In this document: one piece after another, positions 31,863 through 41,682 of the stretch
Layout: each line of letters opens with the position of its first letter
How positions within the stretch are numbered: the first letter of the stretch is position 1
Assembly: GCA_020184695.1 (NCBI GenBank)
Contig: JAANOX010000113.1
Coordinates: 102,257 to 166,256 of the forward strand
Source: Histomonas meleagridis 2922-C6/04-290x
Taxonomy: Eukaryota; Protista; Parabasalia
Length of the DNA: 64,000 bases
Direction of reading: 5' to 3'
Notes under the pieces: model-generated
Seen by the model: only the letters and a program-made list of their open reading frames with translations
What the model was told of the DNA's origin: nothing
The model's database searches: none
Made by a program: the position numbers and the translations under genes

Positions 31863-33131
31863 ATGGCGCTACTCGAAAAAAACGAAATTGAGCAACTAAA
31901 AGCATGGGCTGCATATGAAGCATCTAAAGTTACCAAAATGAATCCAAAAATTCTTGCTGAATATGTTTCGAAGTTGGTAATGCGAAATGCCACAAAAGAA
32001 AATATGATTTCGAGTTTAAATGATTTTATGGGTCCTTCTACAGAAAGCTTTGTTGAAAAATTACAGCAACGTCTTGCACAGCGCGATTTTACATTTCAAG
32101 AAGAAAAAACAGAACCACCAAAACCAACACCACCTCCTCCTCCAGAACAGAAACCTACACCAGCACCTGTACCAGCACCTAAACCAAAACCAACACCAGC
32201 ACCAAAACCCAAATCAGCAACTTCTGATAATACAGAGCAAAAAATAGCAAAGCCTAAACCAACACCAAAACAAGAGAAACCAAAAGACACAAAAGCTTTG
32301 GTTTCTTCATTATACGAATCCTTCCCTGATTCATCAATACCAAATTCCTCTAGAATATCAAAAACAAAACCACAGCCCAAACCCACGCCACCCAAACCTT
32401 CAAAGCCTGAGCGTTCCATACCATCTCAACCACCATCACCCAAGAAAATAATTCATGATTATTCACAACCTCCACCACCATATCAAGAAGAAATTGAATC
32501 CAAACCAATCAAATCCAAGCAAGATAAGTGGGTTGATTTTAATCGGCACTCAGCCCCAAAGCCACGAAACAGAAGACCTCAGCAAGAAGCCGAAGCCGAA
32601 GCCGAAGATTCGTTCACATCGGGCATTGAAAAAGGCGAAATTGAAAAACCGCCACGATACGTGATTTTCATAGCCGGAATACCGCCACAATTGAATTCTA
32701 TTTCTCAACTTTTTGCGAAGTTTACAGTATATGGGAAGATCATTGCAATTGAAACATTAATCGATGAAAATGTTGCATTTATCGAATATGAAAACTTATT
32801 AGGAGCGTTCCTTGCTTTGAAAAGTAACTCAAAATCACCAATTTTGAAAAATCAATTTTTGATAATGGATTATGCAATTGAACCAGATCATGAAGAACTA
32901 AATGCAATTCAAGAGGAATATGATAGAAGACAAAAAGAAAAAGAAAAGAGGAAAGTCTTAAAGAATCTTAATGGTGAAAATGCATATAAATTCTTTGAAA
33001 AGCTTTTTCAAGAATATAAGGAAAAGAATGAACTGATGGAAAAATGCACAGACCAAGTCGAAAAGGAAAAACTTGCGGATGAAATTGCTTCCATCAAATC
33101 AAAGATGGACCTTATCACAGAGCTTCAATGA
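31863..33131 (+). CDS. PWI domain, Pro-rich linker and RRM protein (RBM26/27-like)
   Basis: N-terminal ILAEYVSKLV...LNDFMGPSTESFVEKL (PWI). RRM VIFIAGIPPQLNSISQLFAKFTVYGKI...AFIEY. Confidence 0.75.
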   Translation: MALLEKNEIEQLKAWAAYEASKVTKMNPKILAEYVSKLVMRNATKENMISSLNDFMGPSTESFVEKLQQRLAQRDFTFQEEKTEPPKPTPPPPPEQKPTPAPVPAPKPKPTPAPKPKSATSDNTEQKIAKPKPTPKQEKPKDTKALVSSLYESFPDSSIPNSSRISKTKPQPKPTPPKPSKPERSIPSQPPSPKKIIHDYSQPPPPYQEEIESKPIKSKQDKWVDFNRHSAPKPRNRRPQQEAEAEAEDSFTSGIEKGEIEKPPRYVIFIAGIPPQLNSISQLFAKFTVYGKIIAIETLIDENVAFIEYENLLGAFLALKSNSKSPILKNQFLIMDYAIEPDHEELNAIQEEYDRRQKEKEKRKVLKNLNGENAYKFFEKLFQEYKEKNELMEKCTDQVEKEKLADEIASIKSKMDLITELQ

Positions 33132-33336
33132 ATGTCATTGTTTAGAATACACATTTTGGTTTTTTTATAAAAAAAAAAACAATCAAATTTCTTATTCTTT
33201 GATAAATCAATAAAATGATGTTTCAAATGAGTAGTTTTAGTGAATAATCTCTGTATTTATTTAATTAAAGCAAAATATAAAGAAATTCATCGTGTTATAA
33301 GTGATTAAATGTCTAATTAAATGAAAATAAAATAAA

Positions 33337-35240
33337 TTAAAACAATTTGAAATGTTTATTTTGTGTTCGTTTTACATTTTGCTTGAATTAATTGAGCAAT
33401 TTCGGTATGACCATTTCGAGTTGCATAAAAAAATGATGATTCATATATTATAATCAAATTAATAATATTTCAGAATAACCTTTTATGTAAGAATAGATAA
33501 GTGGTGTTTTAAGTTATTTAAATAATTTCCAAATCATATTTTGATATATTAAATAATCAAAACGAATTTTAAGTTTAATAAACATTTTTCTTGAACATTA
33601 ATGTCGATTCCATCTTTTTCAATGAGTAATTGAGCAACTTCTTTGTAACCATTTTTTGTTGCAAAAATGAGCGCAGTTTCATATATTATAATTAATTTCC
33701 AATTATTATTTTAAAGCATTAAATTTTTGAAACAAATATCAAATAAAACATATTAAAATCTCTAGCATTAAAATCAATTTCTTTTTGTTCAAGAAGGTAT
33801 TTAACTATTTCTGTATCACCTTTTTCAGATGCATAAATAAGTGCTGTTTTAAGTATTTTAAGTAATTTCCAAATATAAATTTGAAAATTTAAACAATTAA
33901 AACAAAAATTAATGAAAATAAACAAATATCTTTAAGGTTAATATCAATTCCTTTTTGTTCACAAAGCAATTTAACTATTTCGACATCTCCATTTGAAGAT
34001 GCTTTTATAAGCGCTGTTCTAAATATTTTAAGTAATTTCCAAAAATAAATTTGAAATTTCATGTAAATAGAACAACAATTAATTAAAACAAACAAATATC
34101 TTTAATATTAATATTATTTCCTTTTTGATTTAAAATATATTCAACAATTTCAACATTTTTAACGGCCTTTGGACCTACCGATGATAATAAAATATCTTTT
34201 GGTAATTGTTTAAATTTGTGAAAATACTTGAGTAGATATAAATTCCCAATTTTTATCGATTCATTGATTAGGAAATCATTGATTTTCATTCCCTTATCAA
34301 TTAAATATAAAAGAATATCATAATTATGATAAATAATGCATATTCTTCCGAAATATGGTAAATTATTGATTTTAATTTTAATATTTTCGATTTTATTTTC
34401 ATAAATATATTTAAATATATCATTTCTATGGTATTTAATTGCTGTTTCATATGCACCTTTAAATGATGAATGATTTTGTTCACATAAATGAATAATTTCT
34501 TCATTTCCTCCTGCAACTGCATATTTACCTGTATTTTCTACATTTGTATTATTCATAAGCAAATATTTAAAACATTTAACTGATCCAAAAAATGCTGCAT
34601 AATCAATTAATGAAACTTTACTTTGATTAATAAAATTACATCTTTCATAAACTGATGGTTTAATTACTTGATTAAAATCAAAATTTTCTTGTGATGATAT
34701 TTCTTGAAGTTTTTCTAATTCATCATTTCGAATTATTTTTGCAATTTCATTTGGATTAATTCCAACATGAATTAATTGCTTATGGAGTTCCCAATCATTC
34801 TTTGAAAGTTCTTCAGAAGTAAGAAGAATTTCTCTTATAAAACGAGATTGCACAAAATATGGGTATTGTAGTTTTTGAATAATAATTTTTGGCTCGATTA
34901 AATTTTGATCAATCATATTATTAAGAAGATAATATGCTTCTTGTGTCTTTTCATTCTCAAGAAAGCTTACAAAAATATCAAATATTTTGAATTTATTATT
35001 TTTCTCAAATGTTTCTATTTCTTTGAGAAAATTTAAATATATATCAAAATCTTTCATATCAATAATAAATGATATATAAATAATTTGGCTGAGGTAGAAA
35101 TTAAAAGATAAATAGTGAGTATCATCAAAATTATGAATTATGGTATCAGCTGATCGAATGTAATTTTCTTTATTTAGTTCAAAGACTATTTGTTTGACAG
35201 ATAACAATGTTTTTAAATTATTTTTATTTGCTTTTTTCAT
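33337..35240 (-). CDS. DUF3447/ankyrin protein with four complete (17+3)x4 spacer arrays; about five ankyrin repeats after spacer removal
   Basis: ORF 34083..35273 (first ATG 35240) ends inside the first array. 90-nt ankyrin segments recur with an exact 170-nt period. The reconstructed frame ends ...HTEIAQLIQAKCKRTQNKHFKLF with TAA at 33339-33337. Confidence 0.8.
33508..33587 (-). other. (17+3)x4 spacer array; codons AAA AAT GGA AAA (K N G K)
   Basis: Codons at 33570-68, 33550-48, 33530-28, 33510-08. Gives QE-KNGK-TPL. Confidence 0.9.
33678..33757 (-). other. (17+3)x4 spacer array; codons GAT AAT GGA GAA (D N G E)
   Basis: Codons at 33740-38, 33720-18, 33700-698, 33680-78. Gives RD-DNGE-TAL. 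Confidence 0.9.
33848..33927 (-). other. (17+3)x4 spacer array; codons AAT AAA GGA AAA (N K G K)
   Basis: Codons at 33910-08, 33890-88, 33870-68, 33850-48. Gives KD-NKGK-TAL. Confidence 0.9.
34018..34097 (-). other. (17+3)x4 spacer array; codons AAT GAA GGA AGA (N E G R)
   Basis: Codons at 34080-78, 34060-58, 34040-38, 34020-18. Gives KD-NEGR-TAL. Confidence 0.9.
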
Positions 35241-37552
35241 CTTGTTCAACAAGTAATGCCACTTTTTGAGCAAAGCTACAAAAGTGACTCAGCCATTTCA
35301 CCAATATTTTTTTATAAAAATTATTATTGAGAAAATAAATTGATTTAATTTTAACATTAATTAATGGTATTATTTACATGTCTTTTTTTATTAACTTCGA
35401 GAAAACAATCTTTAATAAGATAATATTTTTAATTTAAAAAACAATAATATATCAACTACACATTATGCACAAAATCAAAAATAATGAAAACAAAATCATA
35501 TATGTGATTGAAGTTAATATCTGATAAATAATTTAGATCAATATCCTATAAGCAGGAAGAAAAGGTTCGAATTTATAAATAATCAATTTTACTGATTTTT
35601 TTCTCTGTTTAAATTCTGAAATATATATTATTGAATCAAAAAAATTATGCATCAATCAACGGGAAAATTATTGTACATTTATAAAATCGATATATCAATC
35701 TATTGATATATATAATAGGAAAGAAATTATTAAACTATAATAATTAGAATAACCATTATTTATGAACAGAACTTAATGATTAACCAATAAAAGTTAAAAA
35801 CGGCTAGATATTTATTCATATTTTAGAATCTAATCTGTAATAATGTAATAGAACGGTTTTTTCATCTTATTTGAATATAAAATTTAATTATCTCTCATAT
35901 TTTATCAAAAATCTTAATATTCAATAAACAATAAGTACATCATTAGGTCGAAATATTGTTTATTTTTAATCGTAAGTATTACATTCAACCGCTAGAATTC
36001 TTGGAAAAAAATAAATTAGCAGGGAGATCGTTTATACTGCACCATCTAAAATAGAGAATAATAAGATAAAAAAAATATCGAGAGAAGATAAAAAAAGAAT
36101 ATAGTAAAAAATGGCCAGCGCCAAGGATAAGAAGGAAAAAGTGCGTAAGTAAATCTAATCCGAAGTTTCATGAAACTTTTTCTAATAATAAAGTATTCAA
36201 TACTGAATGACGATACATGTAAAGAATAAACATCAGAAATAATAACCACAATTTTCTAGGAAAAACTGGGAGCCGCTCCGATAGATGAAATTGAATAATG
36301 ATTTTTGAGGAGAAATTACGGTTATAGTGTCAACCGTCTGTTTTGTTCTAATATTATAATAATATAGAAACTCTTCAAAATGTAAAGTTATATAAAATTT
36401 TAGTAGAGGAATTTTTTCTAATGGAATTTCAATGTATACGCAGAATTTCAAAAATTTGTCTTTGTAAAATTTTCTAAATGTATTATCGATTTTTTTGATA
36501 TCCCCAAAATTTCGTTTTGAACTTCGTGTGCTGAATAAATTAATTTATTTTAATAGTGACCATTAAAAGTGTCGATTTTAAATACGTAGATTCTGTTGTC
36601 AAATCGATATTTTTTGACATTAAAATGTATTTTTTCCTGCTGAAAATTTTTTAATAAACGTTTGGCTACTCAAAATCTTCAGATTGATTAACGAGTTTTT
36701 TAACATGTGGAATTTTTCAGTCAAAAATATATTGCAATATATATAATATATTACTATAAATTTAATGAAATATTATTCGATGTTCATAATGAAATAATCT
36801 TGACAAAATGTTTTTCGGGTTTTGTTAAAAAAAGTTTTTTTGAAAGTTATTCCTTCATTACAAAAGGAAATTTCGATCATTATATTGGACATTTTATTGT
36901 AAGCCTTAAACATTTTCTTATTTTTCCAATTGCTCAGTATATCTTGAGAGATTCCATTAATTAATTATTTTTTTTGTAAACCTCACAATTCCGAATTAAC
37001 CACCGGTTATAACCGTCATGAATCAGAAAACTGAGTTGAAAAAGTATTGTTATTTCAATACTTTATGTGGATACGATCAAAATATACTGCTTTCTCTTCG
37101 AAAATAAAGCAGAAATATATTATTCGAAAATTAATTTAAAAACTAATATATGCTATTAAAAAATATAACTATTATCGGAATCTAGAATTTATTAAAATGA
37201 TTAGAAATTATAAGAAAAATCAATCCGAGCATTTCTTTTCAGATTGAAAAAAAATTGCATAAAAACAAAGATTTTAGAATATATTTTATGCAAAGTTATG
37301 TTTTGAAATGAACGAACTTCTTATTTCTTCCAACAGTATCAATTTTTTTTCAATACTTTTTGATGATTCCGAGATTTATACAAAATAAGATTTAGTAAAC
37401 TCTATAGCTTTTAATTGTTTTATAATTTTCGCAATGAGTGTTAGATGATTTCCAAAAAACTACTTTCTGCACTCAGCTGCTTGTTTTTTGCAAAATTTGC
37501 CAAAAAATTTTAGCACAAATAACTTTTTCAATAGCTTTGCAAGCTTTCATTC

Positions 37553-37954
37553 ATGATCAGCCAAATGCCAAATGATGTAATAGGGAAAATCAATGAACTT
37601 TTTGCGGAAATTGATGCAGAAGTTCAGGCTCGTAAGAATCCGGAACAACGAGAAAATATCAAACAACAGTTAATTATCGAATACCGATCACTATTAAAAG
37701 ATATTTTAAAAGACAAAGATACAAAAACATTGACAGATTTTGATACTGATAAAAAATTTAAAGAAATATGCGAAAAAATTACGAAGTGGGATAAAAAACC
37801 CGGAAGTATCACAGAACTTCGCTTTAAAGCTATTAAGCTTAATCAGAAGCTTGGACTTAGCCTAACAAAAGAAACACGACATCACAGAGAAACGTTGATC
37901 AAATGGTATCATCTTTATTGGAATGAAATTTTCCCTTATTTGAATGAAGTATAA
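37553..37954 (+). CDS. Small hypothetical protein with basic C-terminal motif (TKETRHHRETLIKWYHLYWNEIFPYL)
   Basis: 133-aa ATG ORF. The C-terminal motif resembles a recurrent uncharacterised parabasalid family; this is from memory, not a search. Confidence 0.6.
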   Translation: MISQMPNDVIGKINELFAEIDAEVQARKNPEQRENIKQQLIIEYRSLLKDILKDKDTKTLTDFDTDKKFKEICEKITKWDKKPGSITELRFKAIKLNQKLGLSLTKETRHHRETLIKWYHLYWNEIFPYLNEV

Positions 37955-38148
37955 AAACACATTTATCTAACTCTCAACTTAAATGTCATTGGGAAGAAAA
38001 ATATCAATAAAATCATAATTTTATTTTTTTGCAACAATGGTGATCACCATTATTCGTTTAATTTTATTGTCCTGATTAAAAAATTTTAGTGGCATAAAGG
38101 TTATCTAAGTATGTACTTCCATATAATTAGGGAGATCTGGAGAATTAT

Positions 38149-38340
38149 TATGTTAGCATTAATATCAATTCCTTTTTGGTCAAGAAGTAATTTTGTTATT
38201 TCTACGTAATCTACCACCGATTCAGAAATAAATACTGTATAAAATTCTTAAGATAATTTCCAAATATTATTTTAAAACATAAAATTATTGTAACAAATAT
38301 CACCTTTTGCTTTAACATCAATTCCTTTTTGCTTAACACT
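38149..38340 (-). pseudogene. Isolated ankyrin-repeat relic containing a three-spacer array
   Basis: KQKGIDVKAKG D[17]Y[17]G[17]Y TVFISESVVDYVEITKLLLDQKGIDINAN. No upstream DUF3447 region visible. Confidence 0.65.
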
Positions 38341-39129
38341 TATATTTAACTATAAAAATAATATATGGACCTTTTAAAGAATTATAATCATAAGCTTTTT
38401 GGTGGGATAAGTGTGTTAATATTTATTGAATGGTTTATTTTGTAATGTATACAAAATTTTTAAAAATTGTTGATTTTCCTGTTTCTATTGTGTACATGAG
38501 TCAACATACTTTGAAAGAATATATTTTAAATACTATCCAAAGCCAAATTTTTTCCTTTTTTTAAATTATATTAATTATAATATTCATAAAATTTATATGA
38601 TTTTGATGATGCATGATATAACAATAGTAAATTACAGGCTATCATTCGAATAACAATCATGACATTGGCTGACTTCAATTATATCGAAACACTTTAAAAA
38701 AAATTATTAAGGCAGTATTTATGAAAAATTAGCAAGCAACAATTAAAAGATAAAGATACTGCCGATAACATGTTGAAAGTGGTCTTCGTTTTATAAGCTC
38801 ATCTTATGATATTCGTAATTCTCGAGTTTTGAGTCTTTTAATTTGATAAATTAAATTTCGAATTGAACCAAATTCATGACAAACCCAAGGAAGAGCAGAT
38901 AAAGCTTCTTATTCTCGAACGAGCATGTTACGAAGCCCAAAGATTGTGTCTTCAAGACGACGGAATTTCAGTGAATTGATGAGAGATTCAAGTTTATCAT
39001 CGCCTCAGTGATTAATAATTTCATGGCTCTCTCTGAGAATTATTTAAGTTCATTTTTTATTTCATTTCTAAAAAAATATGTTGGGAAAAAATAAAATCTT
39101 TAAAAATTAAATGCTATTAATTTGATATT

Positions 39130-39384
39130 TTATGCACGATAAACGTTTTGCAAAAGGCCTTTCTCTGTCGCAATGCGATTAAGAGCATTGTCTGCCTCTC
39201 CAAGGTTACGAAGGTAACCAGAGAAAACTACTGTTTCAAATTCGCCAGTTGGAAGGCCTTCATCATTGAGTTTTGCAATTCTGAATTGAACAGATGCGTG
39301 ATCATGTGGTGGGATAAGGCGGTGTGTGGCATCACACTTACGAGGGATAAGTCTATCAACAATTTCGCCTTTTTCGTTTTGCAT
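39130..39384 (-). CDS. RPS21: 40S ribosomal protein eS21
   Basis: MQNEKGEIVDRLIPRKCDATHRLI...DHASVQF...SGYLRNLGEADNALNRIA. True start is ATG 39384 inside the track ORF. Confidence 0.95.
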   Translation of the reverse strand: MQNEKGEIVDRLIPRKCDATHRLIPPHDHASVQFRIAKLNDEGLPTGEFETVVFSGYLRNLGEADNALNRIATEKGLLQNVYRA

Positions 39385-39973
39385 TCGAAAGGAGGACCAT
39401 AGCCATCGATAACCGTTTTTTCCTGTTTCTAAATATATAAAAAGTGACATTTCTTATTTCATATTTTAATTACTCTTTGCCACACTCAAAATTCCATCAA
39501 ATCCAATTGCTTGTGCATTCGATCATATCTACAACTGAACCAAATCTAAGAATTGTTTCCACACTATGAAGAATTTTCTAAACTGGTTAATCACCGAAAG
39601 GTAGTTATTGTTTTAATGAGATGTACCTATAGAGCTTCGATACAAAGGATGATTTTTGGTTTATTAAGAATGATTGAAAACTTCATATATACAATTAATC
39701 CAAATTATGAATGAAGCAAATGTACTATTTCTGGTGATATTACTCATCGTTTAAAGACAAATAATAATTAAAATTTTAAGCAGAATTTGAATATTGCTTG
39801 CTTTAAGCATTTATATGCATCTTAAACAATTGTTAATTAATCAGATAACTTGATTAAAAAGTCTCAAATCAATTCAAGAAGTAATTTATTAATAATAAAA
39901 AAATATATTATTTCTTAAAAAAATATTAATCAATCCCAAAATATTTATTAATTACCTTTCTTTTATATAATTT

Positions 39974-40735
39974 TCATTCTAATAAAAAACTTGGCAGCAA
40001 TTGCATTTCAAAAAGATCATTTTCTGAAGATAAATAAATGTTATTATTAAATTCAAATGGTATACATTGATGAAATATAGGATAATCGATTTTTGATTCA
40101 TCTGCATAACGCACATGAATTGGTTTTGAATTTTTATGTATAATTTGATTATTCATTACTGATATTGCTTCAGAAGCTGATTGTTTATTTGTATATCTTA
40201 TTATACATCTCCAAGTTTGGGAATCAATACCAGTAAACATATGTGGCGATATTTGAATAATTATACCGAATTTTGAAAATATTTGTTGAACTTGTTGAAT
40301 ATTAACAGTTAATGGTAATCTTTTTATATAAATCGCTTCTGTAACTTGTTCTATTTTTTCATTTGATTGTGCATACTTAGCTAGTAACTGTTTTTTCCCA
40401 ATTTCCATGCCATTTAATTCCATGATAGCTTTTTGTGCTTGAGCAAGATTTTCAAACCTCACAAATCCAAAGCATTTTGATTTCCCTGTATCCAAGTTAA
40501 TCATTATTTTACTTCGAACTATGTTTCCATATTTGGAACATAAATTTCGAAGATCATTTTCCGTAAATTCAGCAGGAATATAATTAATAAAAATATTAGT
40601 GGATGGTTCAATCATTGCTGAGCTTGCTCTAATTCGAGGCGAGATGAACTTTGAAGTTAATGGAGAAATTGAATGACTACTTATCCTTCTCGTAATGAAT
40701 GGTTGAATAGAATCATTGTTTATTTTTTTGTCCAT
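39974..40735 (-). CDS. Two-RRM RNA-binding protein (ELAV/Sxl-like)
   Basis: RNP2 NIFINYIP, RNP1 KCFGFVRF, second RRM IYIKRLP. Confidence 0.85.
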   Translation of the reverse strand: MDKKINNDSIQPFITRRISSHSISPLTSKFISPRIRASSAMIEPSTNIFINYIPAEFTENDLRNLCSKYGNIVRSKIMINLDTGKSKCFGFVRFENLAQAQKAIMELNGMEIGKKQLLAKYAQSNEKIEQVTEAIYIKRLPLTVNIQQVQQIFSKFGIIIQISPHMFTGIDSQTWRCIIRYTNKQSASEAISVMNNQIIHKNSKPIHVRYADESKIDYPIFHQCIPFEFNNNIYLSSENDLFEMQLLPSFLLE

Positions 40736-41247
40736 ATCAAATTATGCATTTGGCAAGGTATAACTGAAAAGAACTTTGGACAATTTTGCAATCGCTTAAA
40801 TGTTGTAGCATCTATTTTTTATTTATCCAAACAAAAGCTTGAAGATTTTGAATAAAATATTTGACAGCAAAGACTGAAATTTATTTTCTTTAAATTTTAT
40901 TAATTTTGTTACAAAGAAATACTATTTTAAAATTTAACAACAAGTCTTCATAAAAATATGCTCATGAAACTAATTCCTTTGATTTTTGAATAGATAAAAT
41001 GTATCTGTTAATTATTTTATTAGGATAAACCTAAGCATATTAAAATTTAATGATCATAATGTTACATTATTCTTTAATAAAAGATGAAAAGGTATAATTT
41101 ATATGTAATTAAATGAATAATTAAATGTGACTTACTTTTAATGCATATTTTAAACCAAAACTAATGAATTGTTTTCAAATCATAGATCATAAATTATTAT
41201 GCTAAAATGTGATTTTATTCATACAAATTAGTTATTATTATTTTAAA

Positions 41248-41640
41248 TTAGTCTACATCAAACTCATCGAATTCATCATCAGTCGTGAAAGATCCATTTG
41301 AATTTATGAATCTTAAGGCATGCTCTGATAAGAGTGGGATCCCTAAAGCATCAGCAAGTTGTCTTATAATGTAAGCGTTTGTTTTATCAATAATTATTGG
41401 ACTTCCATGAATAAAATCAATTATTGATTCTAAGATGTTTCTATTGTCTCTTATAGAAATTTTCAAGCATCCCATCGATCTTGTTGCGCTATAGCCTTCA
41501 AAAATCAAATTTGCACAATCGACAGCAATAGAAGGATCACATGGATATACCAAATCATTGTTTTGAATTTCGAATGTTATTTTTGGCTCCTTATTTGCTT
41601 GTAACATTGGATCATCTATCATAATTTCGATTTTTTTCAT
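41248..41640 (-). CDS. Small protein with BTB/POZ-like features
   Basis: ILESIIDFIHGSPIIIDKTNAYIIRQLADALGIPLL resembles a BTB C-terminal half. First ATG 41640. Confidence 0.55.
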   Translation of the reverse strand: MKKIEIMIDDPMLQANKEPKITFEIQNNDLVYPCDPSIAVDCANLIFEGYSATRSMGCLKISIRDNRNILESIIDFIHGSPIIIDKTNAYIIRQLADALGIPLLSEHALRFINSNGSFTTDDEFDEFDVD

Positions 41641-41682
41641 CTTTGGAAATGCCACTTTTTAGAATGAACGTTTAAAATTAAA

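Noticed and set aside
33848-33927. Single ordinary GT-AG intron per ankyrin repeat (e.g. GTTT...ACAG)
   Set aside because: Works for only some arrays, deletes the conserved xxGx linker, lacks the CTAAC branch point, and other arrays have no suitable AG.
33848-33927. One 9-nt microexon TTT GGA AAT (FGN) as the missing linker
   Set aside because: Explains the conserved GGA, but not the exact 20-nt periodicity or the 63-, 155- and single-spacer variants as well as the four single-codon model does.
33508-34097. Matched-codon ribosome hopping (T4 gene 60 type) as the mechanism
   Set aside because: The last triplet of each spacer (ATT, TTT, CTT, CAT, TAT) does not match the preceding take-off codon (GAT, AAT, AAA, GGA). 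Unmatched bypassing is not excluded.
38700-39050. Coding-like stretch (HDKPKEEQIKLLILERACYEAQRLCLQDDG)
   Set aside because: Multiple stops and no recognisable family; possibly an old pseudogene but not supportable.
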